64,000 nucleotides of DNA from Psilocybe cubensis (taxonomy: Eukaryota). The notes under the pieces are model-generated. The model had not been told where the DNA came from. It did not search any database and saw nothing but the letters and a program-made list of their open reading frames with translations. Made by a program: the position numbers and the translations under genes. Position 1 is the first letter of the stretch. The number at the start of each line of letters is the position of its first letter. The stretch lies in the NCBI GenBank assembly GCA_017499595.2, contig CM039005.1, forward strand, positions 62,001 to 126,000. The letters are read 5' to 3'. Below, piece by piece: positions 1-13,270 of this stretch.

Positions 1-2790
1 GTAATAGCTTCGTTCCCAGTTGAATTGGCAGCGGAGGCACTTGTAGAGGGACAGGGATGGTAGAGGGGTGTATACATTTAAGCTGGGAGAGATAAGATGC
101 AGAGGACATGGAGGCCGAGAAGGGAGTAATGGAGGTCAGCGCACATTGTTGTAATCCACCGCCGGAAAAGAAGTTGAGAAAAAAACCTTCACTCAGCGTA
201 AGAGCAGGTATATTTCCCACTCTACACCAATCCATCAATGCGTTGTTGAAGATCGTACAAGCCTGAGTATTGAAGTATGTGCCAGAATAATGGGAAATTG
301 AGGGTGATGGCGGTGGAGTGGTGTGGGTTGTTGCGAAAAAATCAAGCACAAACCACTCACCTAACTTCCCACCTACTCATGCCTCTAACCCACTATCCCG
401 CGTAAACTCATGCCAGTTGTGCATTCTTGGAGTCCCGCAATGTTCGTGTTGCCATTCGAGTGGTTGGGGAAGAGAAGGTGGTGTAAAACAACAAATTTTG
501 CGTTGTTTGTCCCTGCTGTTGTCAGTGACATTCAACATCCGCACATAGCGGTGATAACACAGTAAGCCGTGTTGATCACTACTCCTTGCTATTCTCTTAA
601 AAACTCGTCGAAACTGAGATTCGTGTTGTTTTTACTCTAAATCTTTTGGTGGGTGCATCACTGTGTGCCCAAGCGCGAGTACTAATCAGTTCTTCTCACA
701 CAGATATTGTGAGCGCAAATGCGAGACTTTGAGGGTGAGGCAAGATTGGGGGTTCGAGTACAATGGTTGCAGTAATATACCCCAACCACTTAAGGTCATT
801 GGATGTCGGCGAATACCAATACAAATCAGTGGGTGTTGAGTACAATGTACGTTGTATACCAGTGGCTACCACTGGCAGGTCACAGCAATTGCTACTGGCT
901 GCCATTGACCACCATCTTGTACCATCGTGTAATGGTGAACATATCGCCACCGGAACGTGGTCGGACCCGCATCAGTCAAAAGATGGGCGTCTGAAACTCA
1001 CGACTCTCAATATGAGCCCATATATGCGCCAAGTTCAGCTGTACGATGGTGTGGTCTCGGATGCGTATGGGTTTCAAGTGAAATTTGTGGCGTGTCCTGT
1101 TGAGAGCAGAGTGAGAGTCTGGATGGACGAAGGTGATATTTGGGTGTGCGTGCATGTCGCAGTCGGCGATGTCGAGCGTCGCACGGAGGAGTCCTCAACG
1201 CTTTTCGTATATTCTCAGAAAGGGAGGTAATTGAGTGAGTACAAGTGAAATTTTTAAAAAGGAAAGGTACCGAGTATGATTGCACATCAGTAAGCATGTT
1301 CTTCGCCGCATGGAGCGCGATAGACGCGGGAGTCTCTCGGACAGAACCTCGTCTCCAAATGCCCAGTTGTGCTCGTTCTGGTGATCTACCTATTGCCTGT
1401 TTAAGACCACGCAACCTCATGAGTGAGTAGACACAGACAAAGATGCCGAAGCGGACGTTTAGGTGCATAAATAGGAGGAAAAGGGGGAGTGGTTTGTGGG
1501 TTGAGCGCAAGGTTAAGGGTAGTGGGTTAAACAGTGATTATAACGCACCAGCACTGAGGTGATCAGTAAATCCAGGTGAACGGGTGAAAAGAAGTAAAAT
1601 AGGGTTGCGAACTTTGGAAGGTTTATGAAGATGAGTCGATATCGTGTGGGCTTGAGAGCGTTGGGATGCCGACGCTGTGCTTGGAGTCACTCTATGTCAA
1701 ATTCAACGTTGTATTTGTTAATTCGCGCTCTTTCCCTTTGCAGTCGTGGATGTCTTTATTCAGCCCCTCCCTTCATTGTGGTGACCTCGTCACGATATCC
1801 TCCTCTGTTGTCGCTTTGTTCCCTTGTGTCTCAAGTCGAATCCACGGCTGCGGAACTCGTAGAGGGGCGGGTAGGTAGTGGGGTTGCATTTGATTAAGCT
1901 GAGAAGGATAAGATGCAGAGGACAGGGAGATCAGCGCACTTGTTGCAGTCCACCGCCGGACAAGAAATTAGAAAAAAAAAAACCTGACTCAACATCGGAG
2001 CAGGTATGTTTCTCACTCTACACGAATCCATCAATGAGTTGCTGAAGATCATACAAGCCTGAGTATTGAAGTAGTCGTTCTGTCTTGCAGGAGATTATCG
2101 GAACCTGAGGTCCTATGAGACGAGTGCACGTTGGGAGAGGGAAATAAAGTGTGAGGTGAGGGAGTTGTTACAAGAAGATGGGCGTAAACCCACTGGGATA
2201 AGACTAACTGTTCTGCCACCTGGCATTCTGATGACAAAATAACACCAACCCTCCCTCCATCTTGCACCGTTGGCGTAGAAGACACACACTTACCAGTCTC
2301 GGAGTTAAATGCGCCATAGTCACGCACGAGGTAGTAAGGAGCGTACACCTGTGCATGGAATGACATGACGAGCGTTCGCAAAACCCGCAATTTCCACTGC
2401 ACCGGACCCACACTTTTATCATCAGAGACGACGCCGACAGTACAACATGTCTTACATATATGTATGTGGACGCGCGTAGCTGCAGCAGCGTCAATGTTAA
2501 GTCTGTGCTGGCATAATGGGAAATTGAGGGCGATTGCGGTGGAGAGGTGTGGGTTGTGGGTGTCCTCGAGTCGCGAAAAAATAAAACACGAACCAGTCAC
2601 CTAACTTCCCACCTACTCTGTGCATCTAACCCGCTATCCCGCGTAAACTCTTGCCAGTTGTGCATTCCTCAAGTCCCCCAATGTCCGTGTTTTGTTCGAG
2701 TGGTTTGGGAAGAGATGGTGTGGAAGAAGACAAATGCCGTGTTGTTTGTCCCTACTGTTGTCAGTGGCATTCAACCTCCGCGCACCACAC
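1..2790. repeat. Degenerate direct duplication (~1-545 vs ~1830-2790), with related fragments at ~3090-3370, ~12700-13000 and ~15340-15450
   Basis: Shared blocks such as GATAAGATGCAGAGGACA, ATCCATCAATG..TACAAGCCTGAGTATTGAAGTA and CTATCCCGCGTAAACTC.TGCCAGTTGTGCATT occur in both copies; the second copy has ~430 extra bp (~2075-2505). No intact ORF; probably decayed copies of an unidentified gene or element. Confidence 0.6.
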
Positions 2791-5700
2791 GAGTCTTGCC
2801 TCACTGCACCTCACTTTTCTTGAGTTCCTCATTGCTCATGCAGTAAGCATCGCTATGCCTATCACTTGGCGTTATTCAGATTGGTGTGTTGGTGGTGTAG
2901 AAGAACAAGTGTACACACCATGTTGACACCATACTGGCGCACGGAATCCATCTACTCTCAGAACATTCCCCATGGCTATGCACAGCTGAATACCTGCTCC
3001 AGGACCTGTCGAGAACTTTGTAAATGCCACGTCAGTTGGCTCATGACACTTGAATGTCGCTCTGGCACGCATATGGGCTCTGCAATCTCTAGTTAGCTCC
3101 TCCCTGACAACGAAAGCGCCGCAAGCTCGTCAGAAACCGTATGTGATATAGTTATATACGAGCGAGAAAGGACGAGTGTGATCTTGCGGTATTTGTCCTT
3201 AGTGTATACGACGCCGCGAGCGAGTTTTATGAGAGGTTTTGACTTGTCATGGTTTTCACCTCAATCGCCCTCATCAGCGAGAGTTTACGTCACCAATTCA
3301 ACACAGAGTGTCTTTCTTGGTGGTGGTGCGGGTGTTGTGCTCGGTGGGACAACTTTGGGTGCTGAGAAATTGCATGCGCAGGAGATTATCCGGGAACGGC
3401 GGTGAGGATGGTGAGCGCCAGACAGAACGTAACCACTCACATTCTTATTAACACCCACGGACTCGCGTGCTTCCTTCTCAAACCATTGTTCACAAGATTG
3501 AGAACGCTAAGTAATGCCTTGTCGGGTTAAAAAAAAACACAGAACACAAAAAAAAAACGCGTAAAACGTACCTGCTCTCAACACTCTGCCTCTCCTGCCC
3601 AACCTACTCTGCATGATACTCAATCTTGACGATGGAGTAGGACTCGAGAACGCGCTTGATGCTACCTTTGAGGAACGCCTCGTACAGCTCGGGGAGGTGT
3701 GTGGGGATTGTTGGGTCGGATTGGAGTTCTGTGGGTGGTGTTGTGGGAGGGGTGGTCCGTGGTCCGTGGTCCGTATTACGTGGGTTGGGGTGTGGGACTT
3801 GGAATTGGAACGTAGGGTGTGGTGTGGGAGGTGCGGTATGTCCGTGTGGTCTGTGGCGAGGTGTGGTGTGGGTGAGAGGATGAGAGGAACGAGATGAGGA
3901 CTGGCAATTGAAAAAAAGAAAAGGTCTTCAGTAACTGTACCGCATTATAGTCATAGAAGATAGAAGAAAAAGCAAAGAAGCACCCAACCAACCAATTACG
4001 ACAAACACGAGAACACAATAATACAATCACCCGCGTCTAAGCACACATACAGCGCGTTCCATTGCGCATTCAAGCATCCATGGGAACCGTTAGCGGGCTA
4101 GGTGCTTGTGTGTTGGGCTGTGTGCATTGCACTACAATTGTGTATTATGCATTACTCACTACACGCATAAACGCTTTGGACCTGCATGTATGAGATGCTG
4201 TATAATACGCAACGCAGCGGCTTCGTGGCGAGGGGTGCGATAGGGACGACGATGACGATGGTGAGGGGATGCTAAATGAATGCCCCCAGAAAACGAAAGA
4301 AAAGGAAGCAATGCACAACAAAAGGAAAGAAGAGAAGAGAAGAGACGACGGACGTACCATTGCGATGCTCCCTCAACACCTCGCCAAACTCTTTCAAATC
4401 TCTTCCCCGATGCGCACGCGCAACGGCGTGCATGCTCTGCACGTCTCTTGTCTGAGCGTAGGTATTGGCGAGTTTGAGCGTGAGGAGCACGTTGACGTCT
4501 TTCGACTTTCATTTTCACGGGTGGGGTGAGCTGATAAAGACGTGAGGCGAGATAAAGAAGGGACGTACGAGGTTCAATAGGACTTTACACAGCAGCATGA
4601 ACTTCAACGCGGAAAGTATCAACCAACTTAACCCTGCTCATTCTTCGTATCCCCTCCAACCTCCATCGCCCCGACCTCCTTCTTTATCCTGAACTTTGCC
4701 ACCATTCGCGGAAGGACCTTTCACGCCCGCGGCTCTGAGATTCTCGAACGCCTGGAAGAAGTAGGAGTAGACAGTGCAGTAGTCTTTGCCTTTGGCGTGC
4801 AGGATGCCGGATTGCATGTCGGTTTGGGATTGGAGGTAGGGTGGGCCATAAATTGAGTTTACGGCGGTGCAGAGCAGGTTAGGGATACGGATATGTGCCT
4901 ATGTGTGTGCGTGTGTGTGCGCGTGTGCGTTGGAGGGTGGATGAGGCAACGAGAGAGGAAGGCTGAGCTGTGAGAAGTGTCTCGATGAGCGCGAGCGGAC
5001 TGTCATAGTTGGCTTTTTAGTGGGCATGGATAGAGGTACTTGGGTTAGAAACACGTACAGCGCGACAAGCCGTGTTTCGAGCAAATGTTAGGGTGTTGGC
5101 GCGTGCGAGAATGTTGAAGACGGAGGTTGGGGTGGCAGCCGTGGGTAAACCAGAGCTGACTCATCGCCCGAGTTCAGATTCGCTCTTTCTTCAAGTTAAA
5201 CTCCTCCCTTATCGAAAGTTCCGTTTGTTCTTTCTGATATAAAGCGTATAATCTTCCAATAACGACTTTACAAAACATACAATTGCCGATGAAGTAGTGC
5301 TCCCACACCCAAACCTCCTGCGTCCTGCAAAGCTCTTCGTTCTCTCCAATTCTGCCCTCAAACATCTGCACGAAGCATGCCGTGTGCTCCTCGATAGTCT
5401 CAAAGAAGATCGTTAGTCTCAGCTTTTTCTTATACATACTCGCAGTCCACTTACATGAACTTGCACACCTATACACACACATAAATGGGTCCGTATTACC
5501 ACACACTCACGTCGTCCCATCATCCCCACTCCCGTTGGACGCTGCGTTACTGGAGAGTATGAAAGCGTAGAGCAAGGCAGAGCTGGAAATGCTTGAAGAG
5601 TATCCGGCAGAGTCAGAAAACATGGAAGGGGAGAGTGTGAGATCAGACACGAGCGAAGTATTTGACGAGGATTGTAGACAAGATACGCCTCGCTCCTCCT

Positions 5701-6049
5701 ACTGCTGTATGTATGCATCTAACATTGACATGTGTATACGTGCAGGAGAAGTCATTAGCGGCATGGAGACTTGCGCTGAAGAAGTCGCCTGGACTTTGGT
5801 CAAGGATCGATATCACGCTCACGATTGTGTGCGTTGCGTTTTTGTTCAACGATAACTCATCCATGGCGCTCATCCGTGTAGCATCTTTGTAAGAGCCTTT
5901 GGGCATCTAATCAAGTATTGCAGGCTCTTGGCAATATACACTGTTCCCTCCATAAACTTTATTGTCAACATTTGTTTTCTAAGTGTAAGAGACGTTACGC
6001 AGATTTTCTTAAACACTCAACCTTACATTGATATCTTTACTATCAAAGT

Positions 6050-9000
6050 TTTTTACTCACTATTGTATGTAATTTGTGTATGGTTTCCTGGCTGTATAAG
6101 GTAAACGCTTCATCTGGCTATCATTATATGACGGGAGAAACAGGTAATTTGCATAAATATTTGTTGAGATGTACAGCAAATTGGTACAGTGTAAAGTAAT
6201 GTCCAAGCAGAAATGTGAACTAAGGCCAAAGCTGTTACCTCATCGCTGGGTTTTCAGGCATAGTTTGAAGCGGGTTTGATGTCTATAAATAATGGTTACA
6301 AGGGTAGAAGACAACCTCATGAAATATGCAAACTTACACTTTCTTTATGTGTGGAATAAGCAATACGAAGTTCTATCTGTAGGTGAGGATTTCCAATACA
6401 ATCCAGATAGTCCAGTGAGGTCACTTTAGCACCATGGCTCAAGAGCAATTGAATGACTTTTTCGTGGTCTTTGGAACATGCTGCCTGCAGAGCATTGTCA
6501 AAGCGACCGGCAGAAGTGTTCATGTCTGCCCCATTGCTCAAAAGGAGGTCCACAATACTATGTTGGCCTCCGTGAGAGGCCGCCTGGAGCGCAGTGCCAT
6601 ATATGCCACCCACAATATTGACATCTGCATTATTTTGTAGGAGTGTTTCAACCACCAATGTATGACCCATATAGGATGCTGCTTGGAGTGCAGTGCCATA
6701 CTTGCCACCCACAATATTGACATCTGCACCATGTTGCAGAAGGGTTTCTACCACCAATTTATGTCCCATAAAAGATGCTGCCTGAAGGGCAGTACCATAT
6801 TCACCTCCCACAATATTGGCAGCAGCACCATACTGCAGGAGGGCTTCAACCAACAGATTATCACCAATAAAAGATACTGCCTGAAGTGCATTGCAGAATC
6901 TGACATTTTGAACAATGACATGGATGTCTACTGGTCTGTATTTTAGAAGTGCTTGAACAACATATTCACTTTCTCCATATAATGCTGCCTGGAGTGCAGT
7001 ATGAAACATGCCACCCACAATATTGACATCTGCACCATGTTGCAGAAGGGTTTCTACCACCAATTTATGTCCCTTACGAGATGCTGCCTGGAGGGCAGTA
7101 CCATATGCACCTCCCACAATATTGGCAGCAGCACCATGCTGCAGGAGGGTTTTAACCAACAGATTATCACCAATAAAAGATACTGCCTGAAGTGCATTAC
7201 AGAATGTTGCATTGTCAACAATGACATGCATGTCTGATGGATTATATTTTAGGAGTGCTTGAACAACATATACTCTTTTATTATATAATGCTGCCTGGAG
7301 TGCAGTATAATACATGCCACCCACAATATTGACATCTGAACCATGTTGCAGAAGGGTTTCTACCACCAATATATGACCCATATAGGATGCTGCCTGGAGG
7401 GCAGTACCATATTGGCCTCCCACAATATTGACATCTGCATTATATTGTAGAAGTATTTTAACCAACCATGTATAACCCATATAGGATGCTGCTTGAAGTG
7501 CAGTGGCATACTTGCCACCCACAACATTGATATCTGCACCATGTTGTATGAGTGTTTTAATCACCAAATTATGGCCCATATAGGATGCTTCCTGCAGGGC
7601 AGCACCATACTTTCCTTTCACCCTCATGGATTTTTCCATCCAGCTTATATTATCCATGTTATTCAACAGGTATTCCACAACACCAACAAGCCCTAGACTT
7701 GATGCCCAAACAATTGTTCTAGCTTGGGCATTTTCTGTATTCATGTTAATGGTATATGGGCCAGGAATTAAGTCATCATTCCATTTTCTAGAATCTGCAT
7801 ATCTTAAGAGACGGACAACTAGCTTGCATATGATATTGTCTTTATCTACACCCTGGCATTGAACATGGGAATGCCAGTACTGTATAGCATAGGACTGGAG
7901 CGGAAAAGCAGAGGGGTCAAGATCCTTGTTGTTAAGGGTGGCTGCAGAAGTCTCCAAAAGATATAATAACAATGTTTTTGAGATTTTAATTTGTGAAGTG
8001 GTCTCCATCAGATGAAATGTGCTTTGAACTCGACTAGAAATGAGGTATTCCTTCACTGAAAAATGGGACAGCTTGATGTAGTCCTTGTTCTGGTTGTCTG
8101 CTTTGTCATCTCTTACTGTTACTACTAGTCCCCCACATAAGTCAAGAATATCAGCAGGATTGAAATATCGTTTGTTGGGATTGTAGGCTGGTTCATTTTC
8201 TGGAGTGAATTCAATTGTAATGATCTCAGCAAGTGTCTCAAGTGTTACATCCTTCATAGAGAATGAAAGGAACTGAAGGAATCTTTGAAGATCCAAAGCC
8301 TTTTTGGAGTCGCATTTACGCAGAATTTGTCCATATATTTCATCAAGATCCTTTGGCATCTCAGTCAATGTTGTCTTCAACATGGCCAGGTTTGAACATT
8401 TTTCCACTTCATTTAGCATAAGTGCAATGTATCTAAATCTTGGGGTATTATCAGTATCATTGTGAAATGGAAAGGGTAGACCTTACGATCCATCGGCACA
8501 AGACAATAATTTTTGCTTTATCTCAAATTGATGCTGTTCATCAAATTTCCGCAGATTGTCTGATTTCATTTTCTGTGTGATATACTGCTCAATATCTTTG
8601 TTTTCAGAGTTAACAAGATCAATGTGGTCACCCCTGAAATTGTGAAAGATGTTGCTGATATCTGTCTCTCGTCGACTTGTGATTATCAGATGAATGTTGG
8701 TTTGCCCATGGAACTTGGTCAGGAGTTTTTGGATCCAATTAAGAGTCCTTTGGCGATCCGAGCATTCATCCAGTGCATCAATGGCCATAAATACATCATC
8801 AAATCCCTCCAGGATCCTTTGCAGTGTCTCTTCCAATTGTTCATCCAATGGTTGTGAAGACCCACATTTTGTGTAAAGGTTGACCAAGTCTTGTGGAATT
8901 CCTCCATGGCGGAAATCACATAGCTGGTGAATCATAGATCGTATAAAGTTCATATGTAACTGTAAATCTGTTTGTCCGTCTCGAGCATCAAAGAAGAAAT

Positions 9001-12000
9001 AACAAATTCCAGTTGAAGAATTGGCGTCCGGGAGTTTCTTGATAATTAAGGACCTAAGTGACTCATGAATTAACTTTGCATTTATCTGAAAATTTTTGGT
9101 TCATACATTAGAATTGTCTTTCCGCATCCCGCTATTCTCCCCCAATCAATGACATTCTCATGTTATAGCATAAGGATACTTACCTTTTCCATAGACCCAT
9201 ATAAAGCCAGAGTGATGTAACCATTGTCCGAATCTCTCATCCTCAAGAAACCAGGAACATGTTTCTCCTTGACGCTTCTTATTAGCTTCATTGTAGTTTT
9301 GGGAAAAGTTGAGTGGGGGGCCGGAATGCCATAGCCACTCAATAATCTTTTTTTCTTCATGTTATTAAGTTTAAAGCTGGTCTTAGACGCGTATAAAGAA
9401 TAAAAAGTGACAATCACATACCTAGGGCGTCGTCCTTGACCTTGGTAACCTCTTTCTTTACATCCTTTATCATATCCTCTGTAGCACATATTTGATTCAA
9501 CAACAAATTTTATTAGACATAGAATACACATACGATTTTCTTTTACAGCCTTATTCATCTCAAGCTGTACTCTCTCGTAGAACCTTTTGTTGAGAGCTTG
9601 TAATTTACTTTGGCACTCTTTAATCCGTTTACCCAGATTACCGGTGCTTAAAAACAATGTTCTTTCTGTATACACAGGTCAATTGGAATTATCAAGGCAA
9701 GACATAAGACAATTACTGTTGTAAGACAATTGTGTGTACTCATGCATTATTGATGCAACCTGCAAGGAATGCTGTCCAATTTGCTTGATTATGTCGACGG
9801 CGTTGGGTATCTTTGGCAGGTCGAGTTTCTCATTCGCAGTAGCAAGCATTTCGCGTAAATTTTCAGCCAACTCTCGGATTGATTGGTCCTGGATCTCCGT
9901 TTCTTGTGTCGCCTGTTATAAAGAAATATTAATATGTATACCCTGCACATATGAAGAATCATACATCGTAGATATTTGAAATAAATTTCCATGATATCTT
10001 GAGTATCGGATGCGCCTAATTGTAGGTTCAATAAATGAGTTTGCAGTAACACTGTACCCAATACAAGTTACTTACATCAGCAACAGTGTCCATCAAGGTC
10101 TTTGTACTCTGAAGAACAGGCCCAAGAATTGACAATGCCAGTTTGCTGATGCCATCAATGTCTTTCAGGTTGGTAACATCACGGTCAACCTTCTTCATGA
10201 AGTCCGAGATGAACTCATTCGGTGTCTCTGATAGAAAAAGAGACATATTGATCTGTGCAACACTTTGCTCCTTTTTATCTTTCAATTCGAATAATGCGGA
10301 GCCTATACACAAATTTTTAATATGAAAAATTCCAAGTTTAAGATCATACACACTGTTGTCGAGCAACTTCTCAATTTGCTCCTCAAATTGTGCTACGTGT
10401 ACAAGGATTTGACGGAATTTGTCCATGGCGCTGCTTTTGAACCCGCGATAGAGTTCAATTCTGACTACCGACGAAGGCGAGAAATAGCTGAAACACAAAT
10501 ATGCAACAGAACCAACAAAAACTGATTTGAAGCGCTCACATTTTGGTATCCGAACCCCATTGCCACGAAAGCTTGTCAGAATGAGCCTTGATTTTATCCG
10601 ATTTGATGATTTCTTGGTTGTCGACGTAGATCTGAACCCAATAGAATGATCGATGTTTATTGCCGTTTAATATATCGCCTTTCACATCGATTTCTAGATA
10701 GTAAATCAGTACGTACATTTATTGGCAACAATGTCGGCTACTCTCTTACAAGATAGAATTCCACTGAGAAGAAGCTGGTTTCCGGGAGGCATACTCAGTT
10801 AGACAGGGGGAAATACAGGTAGGCAAGAAATGCGTATGAGTGGACTGTGGAAGCTAGAGGGGAAGGAGGGAAGGCGAGGAAAACCCGTAGCGAGGGTGGG
10901 AGTCCTACACGCAGGCTGTGTTGGTCATGAGGATACCTCGAGGCGATGCTCACCCGTTCATTTTTAAGTTATGTCGCACGGCGTATTTTTATTCTTTCTG
11001 TGAGAAACCGAGTTGAAATGTACTATTAACTGTATCTCAAAGTAATAGTGGACTTGCGCTCTACAACAAAGAATACATAGGGATACTGGTCTCTACAATA
11101 ACCCTAGTATCACGGTAGGAAAGCTTCACGGCGAACAAAACATGCGGTCAATTGGGACGGACGGTGGTCAGCGGTCTGTGTGATTTTGGTGAGTATATAT
11201 AGCCACAACGTGTTATCTATTGCTGTGGGGGGCGACACACCTGTCGTCGAGGATGCCGAGATGCAGCAACCGGGAGACAGTGGCAGGGAGAAATTGAGGG
11301 GATGAGGTTGGATAATTTTAGGACCGGGCGTGTTAATGTCCGAGTTCTCGATGCCTTCATGTTGGTCCTCTGACACCGTATGGGTAGACATTAATCACTG
11401 TGTAATAAGCTTGAAATGTACAACTTGAAATGGAACTTTACATGTTCCAAACCTAGTCAGTAACATAATCCTGCGCATTCTATGCTCAATGTTCGCACTA
11501 TGCAGCGCATATGATCTACTTAAGTCAACCATTATGCAAGCGGACACAGGTAAACATGCTACACTATGCGATATTGTTTGCTTAAAAAGCGGGGATGAGT
11601 GGCACTGCTGATATTGAGGCTAGGTTAAGCAACCCGTGTAAATCAGCCTCCGACTCACCCTCTGCATGTACATCTCCTTCTTATATGTCCCTCCTGCACA
11701 CAAACACCCAAATCCACACACCCACAAACCAGCGACCGAAAAAGGTGTCCATCAGCATACAACTGCCAAATTGAAATGCGCCACAACAAGTACAAGACTT
11801 GCCGCGCGCACCGTATCAAGACACTCATTGTTTGAAGTGAGAAATGTGCATAAGCTGGTGCGATGTGATAGGACAACTGGAGTGTCAAAATCGCACTGTG
11901 GGATATACGTGACACAGCAAGATATATGACTCAAAGTCGGATTAATGCCGTGAACATATATTGCAAAGATGCAACAATTGAAGACTGAAGAACATACCGT

Positions 12001-13270
12001 TTATTCCGCCTCTCAACAACCCGTGCTCTTCACAATGAGAATATTCGTGATACTTTCGAAGCAAACATCGTGCACAACTTTGGATGCATGCAGGGCCTTT
12101 GCAGGTAGTGCCACCGCACAGAGGGAGGTGAGGAAAGAGGAAGAGGGTTAGCTCTTGTTGCACCAAAGGGAATCGTTTAAAAAAATGTCAATCAATGAAT
12201 GGAAAATGACGAATACGGCCAAGATGACCAACCATCCAGAAGCTTTTAATGAAACGAAACATATGGCGATACGACAACCTCCCCCCGCAACAAAAAGCAA
12301 CAAAAGCTGAGCTGAATTAAACACTCACCTCACTCATCAACCATCAAAAATTATATTGCCTTGTTTGTTCGGGTGGGAGTAGACTGTCGATTGAGTAACA
12401 TAGATGTTAAAACAAGCGTATACCATCGACAACAAAAAGGGGGCAGAGTGGGATTGGGATTCAGAGAGGTAGGATGCTGCATGGGGCGTGGCTAACGAGG
12501 CGAGTAAAGAGTATGTGGTATTGGTGGTATACGCACCATGTCGTAGCATGTGGCCGAACGTGATCCCTCTACCCTTGAAAAATTCCCAACGGCTATACTC
12601 AGGTTACTACCCGCTCACAAAGCCGTCGAGAACACCCTAAATGACATGTCAGTTGGCGCATGAACCTCAAATGTAGTGGAAGGGTTTAGGGATTGCGTAC
12701 GGGCACTGAAATCCAGGTGGCTCCCTGACACGAAAGCGCCACAACTTCATCGTACCACACCTCATCTTCCTCCGACAGGAGAGGACCTCAGGGGATGGAA
12801 ATAAGAGGGAGAGGGACGAGTGTGCTGTCGTTTTTACATTGATGCCCGATATCGTGAGATGAACTGGTCGACTCTCAGTTGCGTTTGTCTGTATGTTCTT
12901 TGTATGTTCTCCGGGACATTTTGTTTGGGTCAAAAATTCAGCAAAGGGTGCCTTCCTTGGTGGTGGTGCGGGTGCCGGACTCGGTGAGACAAATTTGGGT
13001 GAGCAACAGACAGAATATAACCACTTCTTCGCAATCACCTACAAACACATGTACTTCCCTCTCTCAGAACCCATGAGATGACGCCGATATTGTCCAAAAT
13101 GTCGACAGCATGATTGATCCTCACCTCTACCTTATCCCCCCGCCAGACCCACACGCATATACAGAGGCGTACATCCTGTCGAAGTTTATATATGCGTTCA
13201 TAGCACCTCAGGAGTCTCGTTGCGTGATGTTTTCTTGTTCGTATTTCGCCTTTAAGTTCCAGTTTCACTG
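6050..13270. repeat. Left arm of inverted segmental duplication (partner ~55400-62588)
   Basis: The NLR gene, its 3' flank and upstream blocks (10.7-12.1 kb, 12.66-12.84 kb, 13.0-13.27 kb) match the reverse complement of 56.6-57.8, 55.87-56.04 and 55.4-55.65 kb. Boundaries approximate. Confidence 0.85.
6317..10792 (-). CDS. Fungal NLR-like protein (C2-like/helical N-terminus, NACHT, ~12 ankyrin repeats), multi-exon; possibly inactivated by a split-codon stop
   Basis: ATG at 10792 (MPPGNQLLLSGILS). Pre-NACHT motif RQGETCSWFL; Walker A GK|AGCGKT split by an intron; Walker B FMAIDALDEC; winged-helix LSHFSVKEYL; 12 ALQAAS-type ankyrin repeats in ORF 6317-8419. GT-AG introns of ~50-60 bp. The exon1/exon2 junction reads T+AA. 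Confidence 0.88.

Noticed and set aside
1-5900. Many short ORFs, likewise at 12.1-15.5 kb and 54.1-56.5 kb
   Set aside because: No recognisable domains, and frames are not conserved between the duplicated segments; treated as decayed sequence.
11600-12150. Possible head-to-head effector or amyloid-motif gene paired with the NLR (also 56560-57060)
   Set aside because: The DNA is conserved only as part of the duplication; frames differ between copies and no HeLo, gasdermin or amyloid motif was recognisable.
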